Source of the DNA: Polyangiaceae bacterium
Lineage (GTDB): Bacteria > Myxococcota_A > Polyangia > Polyangiales > Houyiibacteriaceae
Direction of reading: 5' to 3'
Length of the DNA stretch: 45,598 bases
NCBI GenBank assembly: GCA_027009115.1
Contig: JALVDI010000062.1
Coordinates: 1 to 45,598, forward strand
The stretch's first letter is position 1. Each line of letters begins with the position of its first letter. Made by a program: the position numbers and the translations under genes. Shown here one piece after another: positions 1 to 9,377 of this stretch. The notes below the pieces were generated by a model. It worked only from the letters and a program-made list of their open reading frames with translations, did not search any database and had not been told where the DNA came from.

Positions 1-3000
1 GCCCGCCTGGAACTCGCCGCCGCCATCGATCCGGACCCTGCGCTCCGCCAGGCCGCCGACAGGGCACGTTGGGCGCAACCGGTCGACCCCAGGCACGCCC
101 GCGCTCACGCGCGCGCCCTCGCCCGCGAGCCCGACCGCAAGGACGAGGCGATCGCCCGGGCCCGCGCGGCGCTCGCGGCGGATCCAAGAGCGGCGGACGC
201 CCTCGCAGCGTTCGTCGAAGCGGCGCCGGCCCCCAGCCCCGAGACCCTCGAGCTCCTACGTCATGCCCGGGACGTATGCGGGGACGAGCCCCCGCTGCTC
301 GCCCGAGGCTTCGCCGTGGCCCGCTCCGTTGATCGCGGCGAAGCCCTTCGGTGGATCACGAGCTGGACGCGGGTGCTCCCCCTCTCGCTCGACCGCGCCC
401 TCGACCGGCTCCACCTCGCGACGGAGCTCGGCGACGTCTCGGCCATCGCCGGGGCCGCCGAGCAGGCCATCGCAGCGCTCGGTCGCACCGCGCGCTCCTC
501 CGAGGCGCTCTTGGCGGCGCTCGAACAGGCCGGGCGACGGCTCGGCGACCTCGAGGAGCCGGACCGGGGCGCGAGGCTCTTGCTGCACGCAGTCGACCGG
601 ATCGGATCAGCCGAACGACTCCTGCCGGTGGCCGAGGCCCTCGCCGAAGATCTCGACACACAGATCGCCGTCGCCGAACGGCGAGTGGCCTGGGCTCGGG
701 CGCGACCGACCCCGCTCCGCCGCCTTGCCGCACTCCACCGGCAGGGCGGCCGCCGCGCGGCCGAGGCCCGCGCCCTCCTGCGGCTGCTCGCTGAGGATCC
801 CCAGGACGAAGAGGCTCTCCTTCGGCTCGCCACCCTCTACGCCGAGACGGGCGAGCACGAACGCCTCATGGCCGCCCTGGCGCTTCGGCTGGAGTGCGCC
901 GACGACGCCGACACCCGCCTCGCCGCTCTATGCGACCTTGCGGGCGCCGCAGCGAGCCTCGACGACGACGAACAGGCCGAGGGCTTCCTCGCCCAGCTCG
1001 AGCGCGAGTACGGCGAGCCGGTCGGCGGCGCCCTCCTCGCCGCCGGGGTCCTGGTCTCGGCGGGGCGCCCCGAACGCGCCATCGCCCGACTGCAAGAGCG
1101 CGCCTTCGCCCCGAAGACGCCCAGCCCAGCGCGTTTGCTCGAGCGGGCCGTCTGCATCGCCGAACGCGTCCTGGGCGACGAAGCGACAGCCCTCGAGATC
1201 GCCGCGGATGCCCTGGAACGGGGCGTCCGCTCGCCGGGCCTGATGCTCGCGTTCGAACGCTTGGCGCTCGGCCTCGAGGCAGTCGAGCGGGCGCGCAAGA
1301 CCTACCGGACCTTGGCCGAGCGCGCCGCCGGCCGTCACGGGCGCCGCGGCACACGCTACCGCGAGGCGCGCTGGCTGGAGCGCGCGGGGCTCGAAGAAGA
1401 AGCTCTCGAAACCTACCGCCGGGCCTTCGCCGAGCTCCCCTCCGAGGGCGTGGTGCTCTCGTCCATCGAGCGCCTCGCCCGGTCCCTGGGACGCTGGGAG
1501 ACCCTCGCACGAACCTACGAGTCCCTCGCCGAGTCGATCCGCGACGTCGAGCGGCGCGTGGCCTTGGTGTCGGAAGCCGCTCGCCTGCGCGAGAGCGAGC
1601 TCGGCGACACCGCCGGCGCCTTCGCAAACCTCTACGAGCTCTGGCGCACGACGCAGCGAAGCGCGCTGGTGCACGACCTGCGCCGCCTCGCGCGGCGACT
1701 GCACGCACAAGACGAGGCCGCAGGAGCCGCGGCGACCACACGCATCCTCGAAGGTCTACGTGAGCGCGTCGAGACGACGTGGAACAGCCAGGACCAGGTC
1801 GAGACCCTCGCCCGCATCGCCCGCATCGAGGCCGAAGATCGCAACGACCTCGACCAGGCGCTCCGGATTGTCGACGAGGAGCTGCTCCCGAAGGCCGAGG
1901 CCGAACCCATGGAGGTTCCACGGCGACTTGGCGCTCTTGCCTTGGGCTGGGCGGCTGGCCGACTTCTCGACGCGGGCGCCGAGGACGAGGCGCGACGCCG
2001 GCTGGCGGAGGCCGAGCGCTGGTCCCCCGACGAACCGGAGATCCGGGCCCTCCGCGAACGCCTCGGCGGTACCGCGCCGCCGCAGACGCGCGCGGAGGAC
2101 GGGGCGGAGCGGAACCGAGCCTCCGCCGAGCACGGAAGCGAGTCAGACGAAGTCGCGCCGGAAGCGGCGCACGAACGCGAGGGCGACGCAAGCGCACGTC
2201 CAGACGAGCGCGTCGCGGCCGACGAACGCGACGCGAGCGACCAGGTCGGCGCGGCCGACGAACGCCACCCGAGCGACCAGGTCGGCGCGGTCGACGAACG
2301 CGACGCGAGCGACCAGGTCGGCGCGGCCGACGAACGCCACCCGAGCGACCAGGTCGGCGCGGTCGACGAACGCCACCCGAGCGACCAGGACGGCGCGGTC
2401 GACGAACGCGACGCGAGCGACCAGGACGGCGCGGCCGACGAACGCGACGCGAGCGACCAGGACGGCGCGGCCGACGAACGCGACGCGAGCGACCAGGTCG
2501 AGGGGCGAAGCTACGCCCGCCCCAAGGGCGCCGCCACCGTCGAAGCCGATGCCGCCGCCATCGAGGCCGACGCAGCCACGCAACCCCGGCGCCGACCCGA
2601 CACCGACCCGCTCGAACGGTGGCGCTCCGCACCGGCGCCCGTCGTCGACGCGAAGGAGCGCGCGCTCAGGGAAGCGCTGGCCTGCGGCGATCTCGACGCC
2701 GGAGAGACCCTCGGGCAGGCGCTGCTGCAGCAGCCAGGCCGGGTGCGTGAGGGGATCCGTCTCCTCCTCCGCGTCTTGCGCGCGGACCCCGCGCGCGTCG
2801 ACACCCTGCGCGCCTTGCACCGAGGCGCCGAGGCGGCGAGCGCCACCACCCTCGCTGAGGTCTGCGCAGATCTTCGGAGTCTCTTCGATGGAGGTCCCGT
2901 GGACAGCCCCCCGGCCGTCGACTCGGATCCCCCACGAGCGGCCTCCCTGCGCCTGCCGCCACCGCCCCTGCTGCAGGCCCTGGCGATCGCCTGGACTGGC

Positions 3001-3747
3001 GCGACGCCTCTGTTCCGGCGAAGTCTACGCGAGCGCAACGTGCTGGGGACCCAACGCATCACCCCCGTGTCCAACCGTCCTCTCGGTCGCGCTTTCGCCC
3101 ACTGTCGCGCCGCCCTCGACTCCGCGACCTGCCTCTACGTCGTCGCCGACGAGACCTTCGGATGGGTCGCCACCAGCCCTGTCTCGGTCCTCGCCCCCGA
3201 GCATTCCGAAGACGATACGTCGACCCTCCCGGCGCGCCTCGGTCGCGCCCTCGAGCTCGCCCGCCCCGAGCATGCGCTGCTCTTCGCGCTCCCGCCGGCG
3301 GAAGCACGGGTCGTGACCGATGCCCTTTGGGCAGCGTTCGGCCCCGCGCACGCCGTCCGAGAAGTGGACCGAGAGGCCGCTCGCCTGGCCGGCGACTTGT
3401 GGCGCATCTTGCCCTCTCGGGAACAAGCGCGGGTCCGCCGGCTCTTCGAAGCGCTCCAAGCCCGACCGTCCTTTGACGAAGCCTTCGACGAGGCCAGGGA
3501 CCGTGGCGCCGAGGCCTGCCTCTTCGTAGAAGGACGGGTGAGCACCGCCGCCCGTGCCCTCCTGGCCGACGAGCCCAGCCTGCGCGCCCACTCCCTCGAC
3601 ACCCCCCTACGCTTTGCCGAAGCCTGCCGCGCCTCGGCACCTCTCCGTCGCCTCCTTCGCCTGGCCTGGAGCGACCGCTACCTTGCGGCCCGCCAACCTC
3701 GAACGACCGCCGCGGCCCATGGGCGTCCGCCCCAGGACCCACCGTGA
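1..3747 (+). CDS. Large TPR/alpha-solenoid protein, 5'-truncated (myxobacterial giant-TPR type)
   Basis: Frame +1 is open from base 1 (ARLELAAAIDPDP...) into the 316..3747 ORF. Repeated TPR-like helix pairs (e.g. AEDPQDEEALLRLATLY, LRADPARVDTLRALH), an acidic repeat linker and a distinct C-terminal helical domain. Confidence 0.75.
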   Translation, partial: ARLELAAAIDPDPALRQAADRARWAQPVDPRHARAHARALAREPDRKDEAIARARAALAADPRAADALAAFVEAAPAPSPETLELLRHARDVCGDEPPLLARGFAVARSVDRGEALRWITSWTRVLPLSLDRALDRLHLATELGDVSAIAGAAEQAIAALGRTARSSEALLAALEQAGRRLGDLEEPDRGARLLLHAVDRIGSAERLLPVAEALAEDLDTQIAVAERRVAWARARPTPLRRLAALHRQGGRRAAEARALLRLLAEDPQDEEALLRLATLYAETGEHERLMAALALRLECADDADTRLAALCDLAGAAASLDDDEQAEGFLAQLEREYGEPVGGALLAAGVLVSAGRPERAIARLQERAFAPKTPSPARLLERAVCIAERVLGDEATALEIAADALERGVRSPGLMLAFERLALGLEAVERARKTYRTLAERAAGRHGRRGTRYREARWLERAGLEEEALETYRRAFAELPSEGVVLSSIERLARSLGRWETLARTYESLAESIRDVERRVALVSEAARLRESELGDTAGAFANLYELWRTTQRSALVHDLRRLARRLHAQDEAAGAAATTRILEGLRERVETTWNSQDQVETLARIARIEAEDRNDLDQALRIVDEELLPKAEAEPMEVPRRLGALALGWAAGRLLDAGAEDEARRRLAEAERWSPDEPEIRALRERLGGTAPPQTRAEDGAERNRASAEHGSESDEVAPEAAHEREGDASARPDERVAADERDASDQVGAADERHPSDQVGAVDERDASDQVGAADERHPSDQVGAVDERHPSDQDGAVDERDASDQDGAADERDASDQDGAADERDASDQVEGRSYARPKGAATVEADAAAIEADAATQPRRRPDTDPLERWRSAPAPVVDAKERALREALACGDLDAGETLGQALLQQPGRVREGIRLLLRVLRADPARVDTLRALHRGAEAASATTLAEVCADLRSLFDGGPVDSPPAVDSDPPRAASLRLPPPPLLQALAIAWTGATPLFRRSLRERNVLGTQRITPVSNRPLGRAFAHCRAALDSATCLYVVADETFGWVATSPVSVLAPEHSEDDTSTLPARLGRALELARPEHALLFALPPAEARVVTDALWAAFGPAHAVREVDREAARLAGDLWRILPSREQARVRRLFEALQARPSFDEAFDEARDRGAEACLFVEGRVSTAARALLADEPSLRAHSLDTPLRFAEACRASAPLRRLLRLAWSDRYLAARQPRTTAAAHGRPPQDPP
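2221..2500 (+). repeat. In-frame 36-bp tandem repeat, about 7.8 copies, encoding DER(DA/HP)SDQ(V/D)GA(A/V)
   Basis: Unit GACGAACGCGACGCGAGCGACCAGGTCGGCGCGGCC and variants, contiguous, with no spacers. Confidence 0.95.
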
Positions 3748-3847
3748 TGGATCGCAGTCGCGAGACTGCCCGTGGGAGATGCGCCGAACGACTGCTGCGG
3801 GCTGGTAGGAAGCGCGCGCCTCGGCGCCACCTCGCGCGCAGATGGAA

Positions 3848-3869
3848 GAGGCCCGCCGAAGCAGGCCTC
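3848..3869 (-). terminator. Hairpin with cUUCGg tetraloop between convergent genes
   Basis: Minus strand GAGGCCTGC-TTCG-GCGGGCCTC, 26 bp past the stop at 3896. The U-tract after it is weak (TTCC). Confidence 0.5.
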
Positions 3870-3895
3870 AAAAAGCGTCGCGTTCGAAAGCGCGG

Positions 3896-4603
3896 CTACA
3901 GGCAGGCCAGGTGGGTCGACGGCAAAATCGTCACCGTGTCCTGCCCCGGGTCGCAGGCGAACGCGGGCGTGTCGCCGTCCAGCGCACAGCGGAACAGGCA
4001 CTGGCCACAGATCGTGGTGGGCCACTGCCACTCGGCCATCTCGATGTCGATGTCGCCAAGGGTGCTCCCCAAGAGCTTGACGCCGATCAATACCTGCGTC
4101 GCGACGAGGTTGCCGTCGGCGTCGCGGGGAAAGCCGTTGGCCATCGCCGTCGCGTAGGCCGCCGGGACCGCCGTCACCGCCACCGCCGCGAGCCCCGGCG
4201 TCGTCGGGTCGGCCGACGGCGGAATGTACGCCGAGACGGGTACGCTGAAGGGATTGGGCAACCCGCCGAGGTTGAGCGCGGCGCCGTCGAGGCCGCGGAG
4301 GGTGACTTCAGCTCGCGTGATCTGGACGCCGTTGGTCTCGGCGCGACCGGAACCACCCCGGCGCTGGAGCTGGTTGGCGGCCGAGAGCACGAGCCGGTAG
4401 TCGACGTTCGCGCCGAGCACGAGATCCGTCTCGACATCGAGCACGCCCGGGGCCGGCAAGAACACGTCCGACGACGGATCCCATGTACAGCTGTCCTCGT
4501 TGATCTCGGGCGGAATCACGCCCCTCACGTAGACCGACACACCATCGTCCACGCAGGCGGAAGCGATGAGACACAGGAACGTGGCGCTGAGCCGAAGTCG
4601 CAT
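3896..4603 (-). CDS. Cys-containing lipoprotein of unknown function (235 aa)
   Basis: Signal peptide with lipobox-like ASAC, AAGGAG RBS upstream, several Cys in the C-terminal part. Confidence 0.8.
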   Translation of the reverse strand: MRLRLSATFLCLIASACVDDGVSVYVRGVIPPEINEDSCTWDPSSDVFLPAPGVLDVETDLVLGANVDYRLVLSAANQLQRRGGSGRAETNGVQITRAEVTLRGLDGAALNLGGLPNPFSVPVSAYIPPSADPTTPGLAAVAVTAVPAAYATAMANGFPRDADGNLVATQVLIGVKLLGSTLGDIDIEMAEWQWPTTICGQCLFRCALDGDTPAFACDPGQDTVTILPSTHLACL

Positions 4604-4674
4604 GAGAGCTCCTTTACTCGCGATGCGAGTCAGCCCGGATCGTACCGGGCCCAGTGCTCGGCATCCAAATTTCG

Positions 4675-6195
4675 TCAGCTTTCGAGACCTCGCCGGAGCT
4701 CTTCGAGGGAGAGGGGCACCACTGTAGTCTCGCCCGGCCGACCGGGGACTACGAAGTTCACTCGATCGCCTTCGCGCTTCTTGTCCTGCAAGACGTACCC
4801 GAAGACCTCGTCGCTCAGGGCAGCGTCCAGGTCGACGGGGAGACCGAGCCGGGCGATCAGCCGCAGGAGCCGCTCCTGCTCCGTCGAGCGCATCCGCCCG
4901 AGGGCCACTCCAAGCCGGGCCGCCGCCACGAGCCCGAGCGCCACCGCCTCCCCATGAACCCAGCGCCGGTAGGCCCCCGCCGCCTCCAGGGCGTGGCCCA
5001 AGGTGTGGCCGAGATTGAGCAGCCTGCGCAGGTCCGCCTCGCGCTCATCGTCCTCGACGATGCGTGCCTTGAGCGCCACGCTCCTCATCACCGCCGACAC
5101 ATGGGCATCGAGGTCGCCCGCGCGGAGGGCCTCGGCCTCGGCCTCGAGGGCGCCGACGGCCTCCTCTCCTTGAAGCCACGCCGCCTTCACGATCTCGGCG
5201 CGCCCGGCGACGGCCTCGCGCGCCGGTAGCGTGCGGAGCGTCTCGACGTCGCAGAGCACGAACTGGGGCTGATGAAAGGCGCCGACCAGGTTCTTGCCCG
5301 CAGGCCTGTTGACGCCGGTCTTGCCGCCCACGGAGCTGTCGACCATCGCCAGGAGCGAGGTCGGCACCTGCCCAAAGCCCACACCGCGGAGCAGCGTCGC
5401 CGCCGCAAAGCCGGTGAGGTCGCCGACCACGCCCCCGCCCACCGCCACCAGGAGCCCGCGGCGGTCGATGCCCGCATCGAGGGCCTCATCCCAGATGCGC
5501 GCCACCGTCTCCAGGCTCTTGTGCTCCTCGCCCGCGGGCAGGTCGAGCGAGCGAGCCTCGGGGGCGATCGCGTCGCGCCACCGGCGGGTGTTCTCGTCGG
5601 CCACGGCCAGCGTGCTCCGCCCCTCGATCCGGGCCGGCAGCCGCGAGCGCACCCCGCGCCCAATCTCGACCACGTAGCTTCGCTCGCCGAGGGCGACCAG
5701 GACTCGCCGATCCCGCGCCAGACGCACAATGGCATCCACGGCGCCCGGCTTGGACGTGTCGACCCGACCGTGGCACTCCGCATACGCCGCGGCGCGTTCG
5801 CGCACGAGCTTCGTCAGCGCTTCGAGCGGGTCGGCGCCCAGGAGAGGACGATTCGCACCGGCGCCGACCCGGCGAGCGAGCACCCGGGGCGGTGCCGTCA
5901 GAGTGAGGAGCGTCCCGGTACGGCGTAGGAGACGGCGCACCTCCGGGTCCACCACCGTGCCGCCGCCCAGGGCGACGACCACGTCGTCTTCGGCGGCCAC
6001 CGCCAACGCCACGGAGCGCTCGAGGACCCGAAACGCCTGCGCCCCTTCGTCCCGGAAGATCTCTGCGATGCTCTTGCCCGCGGCCGCCTCGATCCGCGCG
6101 TCCAGGTCCACGGGCGTCAGACCGAGGGCCGCCGCAGCCTCCCTCGCGAGGGTGGACTTCCCGGCCCCCATGGGCCCCGACAGATAGACGCGCAT
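4675..6195 (-). CDS. aroKB: Bifunctional shikimate kinase / 3-dehydroquinate synthase fusion
   Basis: N-terminal GPMGAGKST P-loop and LGGG (AroK), then GGGVVGD, DSSVGGKTGVN, GKNLVGAFHQP, LNLGHTLGHALE, HGEAV (AroB). Start reassigned to ATG 6195 (MRVYLSG). Confidence 0.95.
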   Translation of the reverse strand: MRVYLSGPMGAGKSTLAREAAAALGLTPVDLDARIEAAAGKSIAEIFRDEGAQAFRVLERSVALAVAAEDDVVVALGGGTVVDPEVRRLLRRTGTLLTLTAPPRVLARRVGAGANRPLLGADPLEALTKLVRERAAAYAECHGRVDTSKPGAVDAIVRLARDRRVLVALGERSYVVEIGRGVRSRLPARIEGRSTLAVADENTRRWRDAIAPEARSLDLPAGEEHKSLETVARIWDEALDAGIDRRGLLVAVGGGVVGDLTGFAAATLLRGVGFGQVPTSLLAMVDSSVGGKTGVNRPAGKNLVGAFHQPQFVLCDVETLRTLPAREAVAGRAEIVKAAWLQGEEAVGALEAEAEALRAGDLDAHVSAVMRSVALKARIVEDDEREADLRRLLNLGHTLGHALEAAGAYRRWVHGEAVALGLVAAARLGVALGRMRSTEQERLLRLIARLGLPVDLDAALSDEVFGYVLQDKKREGDRVNFVVPGRPGETTVVPLSLEELRRGLES

Positions 6196-6204
6196 GGGCT
6201 CTAC

Positions 6205-6241
6205 ATACGAAAAGCGCGCGCCCCGAGCCAGGACGCGCGCT
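6205..6241 (-). terminator. Intrinsic terminator after pilQ
   Basis: Minus strand AGCGCGCGTCCTG-GCT-CGGGGCGCGCGCT followed by TTTCGTAT: 13-bp stem including two G-U pairs. Confidence 0.65.
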
Positions 6242-6266
6242 CCTCCCATGGGCGTGCCGAACGGCC

Positions 6267-8462
6267 TCAGCCTTCCGGCAGCGCCTCGGCGCGGTTGACG
6301 ATGCGAGGCGTCAGGAAGATGAGCAGCTCGTTGCGCTCGTCACGGACGCGGCGCCGCTGGAAGAGCGCGCCGAGCACTGGGATGTCCCCGAAGAACGGGA
6401 CCGAGTCCACGTTGCGGCCCGTGTTTCGCGTGTAGATGCCCCCGATGACGGCCGTGTTCCCGTCCGGAATGAGCAGGTCCGTCTCGGCCTCGCGCTTGAG
6501 GATCGTGGGGTCGCCTCGGGTCGAGGTCCGCGTGAAGTCGGGTTCGTCGCGCGTGATCTGCACGTGCATGGAGACGGCGCCGTCGGCGGTCACATGCGGT
6601 CGCACCCGGAGCTCCAGCTTGGCCTCCTGGAATGCCGTGTTCACGCCCTGCGCGCTAACCTGCGAGAAGGGAATCAACGTGCCCTGGGCGATGTGCGCCT
6701 CGTGGTTGTCGAGGGTGAGGATCCGCGGCGAGCTGATGATGCGCACGACGCCGTTGGCCTCGGCGGCACTCAGGCGAACTGCGAGGTTCACGTTCCCGCC
6801 AACGCTCCCGAGGGTCAGGCCGATGGCGCCACCCTGCCCGGTACCGGTGATGGCCGGTAGGTTGACCGCGAAGTTCGACGGATTGACCCGCTGGGTGAAG
6901 GGCGAGAGGCCCGCCGTCGGCGTGTTGTTGTCGTAGTTGCCGCCGGCCAAGCCGATGTTGCTCGGGAAGACGAGTCCCGTCGGATTGCCGTTGGCGCTGC
7001 TCATGAGCACATCTCCGCCCCACTGGATGCCGACGTCGCGGGTGTACTGGCTCGTCGCCTCGACGATGCGCGCCTCGATGAGCACCTGAGGCGTCTGGGT
7101 GTCGAGGGTACGGACCAGCTCTTCGACGTCGTCGAGCTGGTCGATGATGTCGCGCACGATGAGCACGTTCGTCCGCTCGTCCACGGACACGCTGCCGCGC
7201 TCCGTCAGCAGCTCGGAAACGCGAGCTGCGAGGTCCTCCGCGGTCGCGTAGCTGACCGGGACAATCCGCGTCTCGAGCGGCGCCAGCTGCTCCTGCTGCT
7301 TACGGCGAGCGATGGCCGCCTCGCGCTCCTTCTCCAGCGTCTCGAGGGGCGCGACGCGGATCAAGTTGCCGCGCCGCTCCATGCCGAGGCCCTTCGCCTG
7401 GAGGATCACGTCGAGAGCCTGGTCCCAGGGCACGTTCCGCATTCGGATCGTCACAGTGCCGCTCACGTCGTCGGCGGTCACGACGTTCACGCCGCCAACC
7501 TCCGCCAGGAGCCGGAGGATGTTGTGAATGTCGGCGTCCTTGAAATCGAGATCGATGCGCCGCCCGGAGTAACGGCGCCGCCCACGGGAACCGCGCACCT
7601 GCAGCGGCACGTCGCTGAGGAAGGCCGCGACCTCCGCGGTCTCGGCATCCGCGGCGTAGTCGCGCTCCCGGGCGATGGTCCGCGAGCGAGGCCGCGTCGT
7701 CGCCGTGGTCTCGTGCGGCTCGAACATCCACACGATGCGGTTGCCGGCTCGAACCGCCGTGCCGATGGCCCCGGCTTCGCGCTCCACCTCGACGGTCGCC
7801 CGCCCGTCGGCGTAGCGAACCCGGACACGCCGCACGAGGGAGTCCGGGAGACCCCGCAGGTTACGCCGCAGCCTCGGCGACACGCGCGCTCCTCGGATCT
7901 CCAGCCGGGCCGGCCCACCGCCGCGCAGCACTCGGAAGCGCGCCGGCCTGTCGAGCTCGATGATCACCCGCTCCCGGCCATCCCTCCGTTCGAGGGTCAC
8001 GTCCCTCAGCGTCGGGGCGGCCCCCGCAGCGCGAGCGGACGGCGCGCTCTCGTCCTCTGGCGCGGCCTGCTCCGAACCTTCCTCGATGGCGTCGAGGCGC
8101 ACGAAGATGCGGCCCCGGCCGGAGCGGGCGCGGTAGGTCGCAGGACGGGCCAGATGCAGCTCCAGGCGCGCACCCCGGGCCGTGCTGCTGCCGATCGTGG
8201 AGCGGATGAGCGCGGAGTCCCCAACGGTCTGGAGCCCCCCTTCCGGCAGGCTGGCGCCCGCGACGTCCACGACGATGACCCTGCCTTGCTGCCGCGATCG
8301 GATCGCGTAGGTGGGCACGTCGAAAGCGCCGCGGATCGCGATCTCGGCACGAGCGCCGCGTCCACGGACCTCGACGTTCTCGATGGTGGGCGGATCGGCG
8401 AAAGCCGATCCAGACATGGTGAGCATGCCGACGAAGGCGGCGACGACCCAATGGGGACGCAT
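6267..8462 (-). CDS. pilQ: Type IVa pilus secretin PilQ
   Basis: Signal peptide, two AMIN-like N-terminal domains, YSGRRIDLDFKDADIHNILR N0 domain, VPWDQALD, QVLIEARIVE, secretin C-terminus VPFFGDIPVLGALF...ELLIFLTPRIV. Follows pilP. Confidence 0.97.
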   Translation of the reverse strand: MRPHWVVAAFVGMLTMSGSAFADPPTIENVEVRGRGARAEIAIRGAFDVPTYAIRSRQQGRVIVVDVAGASLPEGGLQTVGDSALIRSTIGSSTARGARLELHLARPATYRARSGRGRIFVRLDAIEEGSEQAAPEDESAPSARAAGAAPTLRDVTLERRDGRERVIIELDRPARFRVLRGGGPARLEIRGARVSPRLRRNLRGLPDSLVRRVRVRYADGRATVEVEREAGAIGTAVRAGNRIVWMFEPHETTATTRPRSRTIARERDYAADAETAEVAAFLSDVPLQVRGSRGRRRYSGRRIDLDFKDADIHNILRLLAEVGGVNVVTADDVSGTVTIRMRNVPWDQALDVILQAKGLGMERRGNLIRVAPLETLEKEREAAIARRKQQEQLAPLETRIVPVSYATAEDLAARVSELLTERGSVSVDERTNVLIVRDIIDQLDDVEELVRTLDTQTPQVLIEARIVEATSQYTRDVGIQWGGDVLMSSANGNPTGLVFPSNIGLAGGNYDNNTPTAGLSPFTQRVNPSNFAVNLPAITGTGQGGAIGLTLGSVGGNVNLAVRLSAAEANGVVRIISSPRILTLDNHEAHIAQGTLIPFSQVSAQGVNTAFQEAKLELRVRPHVTADGAVSMHVQITRDEPDFTRTSTRGDPTILKREAETDLLIPDGNTAVIGGIYTRNTGRNVDSVPFFGDIPVLGALFQRRRVRDERNELLIFLTPRIVNRAEALPEG

Positions 8463-8687
8463 TCGTTTCTCCTCGAGTTGCTGCAGAACGCTGCAAAGCG
8501 ATTGTCAAACGCCCGCGTGTTGGGAATCAAAAAAACTGCAGCCCATGGGGCGCGCGAAAACTATCGGACGCCTCTGAGCACAAAGGACGAAGGCCTCGCT
8601 CCATCTCGCCTCTGAACCCGCAACCTATAAAGCAACGCCCCCACCGGTCTGTGTCGGTGAGGGCTCGGAACGGCTCGCCTCAGGGCC

Positions 8688-9377
8688 TCAGAGGGTGACG
8701 CGGTCACCTCGTTCGGCGCGCTCCCGCTCCTCCCGCTGGCGCTCGAGGGCGCGCCGCCGTAGTTCGAGCGGGTCCTCGCCCTCTTCGTACAAGGGGAGAA
8801 CACGCGTGAGCGGCGGCCGGTCGGGCCCCGTGGGGTCCTCGCGGGTGAGCACAACCTCCCCGGAGCGGATGCGCGCGACGCGCCAGTTCAGGGTCACAGG
8901 CATGCTGTCGGCGCCGCCGGTCTGAATGATCTCGGCACGGCCGATGTACTGCCCGACCTTCACGACGTGCCCGACCGAGGCCGGGTCCTGAAGCATTGCG
9001 CGGGGCTGCGCGACACCGCTGATGATCGCGATGAGGCGCATCTCGTCAATGGACACGCCCGGCATCACGACGTCGCGCTGCACGGCGTTGGTCGCGCGCT
9101 GACGGAAGATGGTGGCGAAGCCGCGAAAGGGATCGCGGTTGGCCACGTCCACCTCCACGAAGTCGTCGTCTTGATAGGTCAGCTGCGCCGCCTCGGCGCC
9201 GGCGTCGGGCTCTTCGCCCGTCTCCATCGGCACCGGCGCGGGGGCGGGCGCGCCCGGCAGCGGCGCCGCACCTGCGCCCGGCGCCCCACCCGCCGGAGGT
9301 CCCCCGACGACCACGGGGTCCTCACAGCCGAACCCCGCGAGCGCCACGATCGCAGCGATGAGAGTGACTCGTCTCAT
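8688..9377 (-). CDS. pilP: Type IVa pilus lipoprotein PilP
   Basis: Lipobox (AGFGC), Pro/Ala linker, RDPF motif, PRAMLQDP..GHVVKVGQYIG. ATGA overlap with pilO. Confidence 0.9.
   Translation of the reverse strand: MRRVTLIAAIVALAGFGCEDPVVVGGPPAGGAPGAGAAPLPGAPAPAPVPMETGEEPDAGAEAAQLTYQDDDFVEVDVANRDPFRGFATIFRQRATNAVQRDVVMPGVSIDEMRLIAIISGVAQPRAMLQDPASVGHVVKVGQYIGRAEIIQTGGADSMPVTLNWRVARIRSGEVVLTREDPTGPDRPPLTRVLPLYEEGEDPLELRRRALERQREERERAERGDRVTL

Noticed and set aside
2221-2500. 36-bp repeats as a CRISPR array
   Set aside because: Units are contiguous with no unique spacers, lie in frame within a CDS, and no cas genes are present.
3744-4157. 137-aa plus-strand ORF overlapping the TPR gene stop
   Set aside because: Runs antisense through the lipoprotein gene and the hairpin; Arg-rich with no recognisable features.
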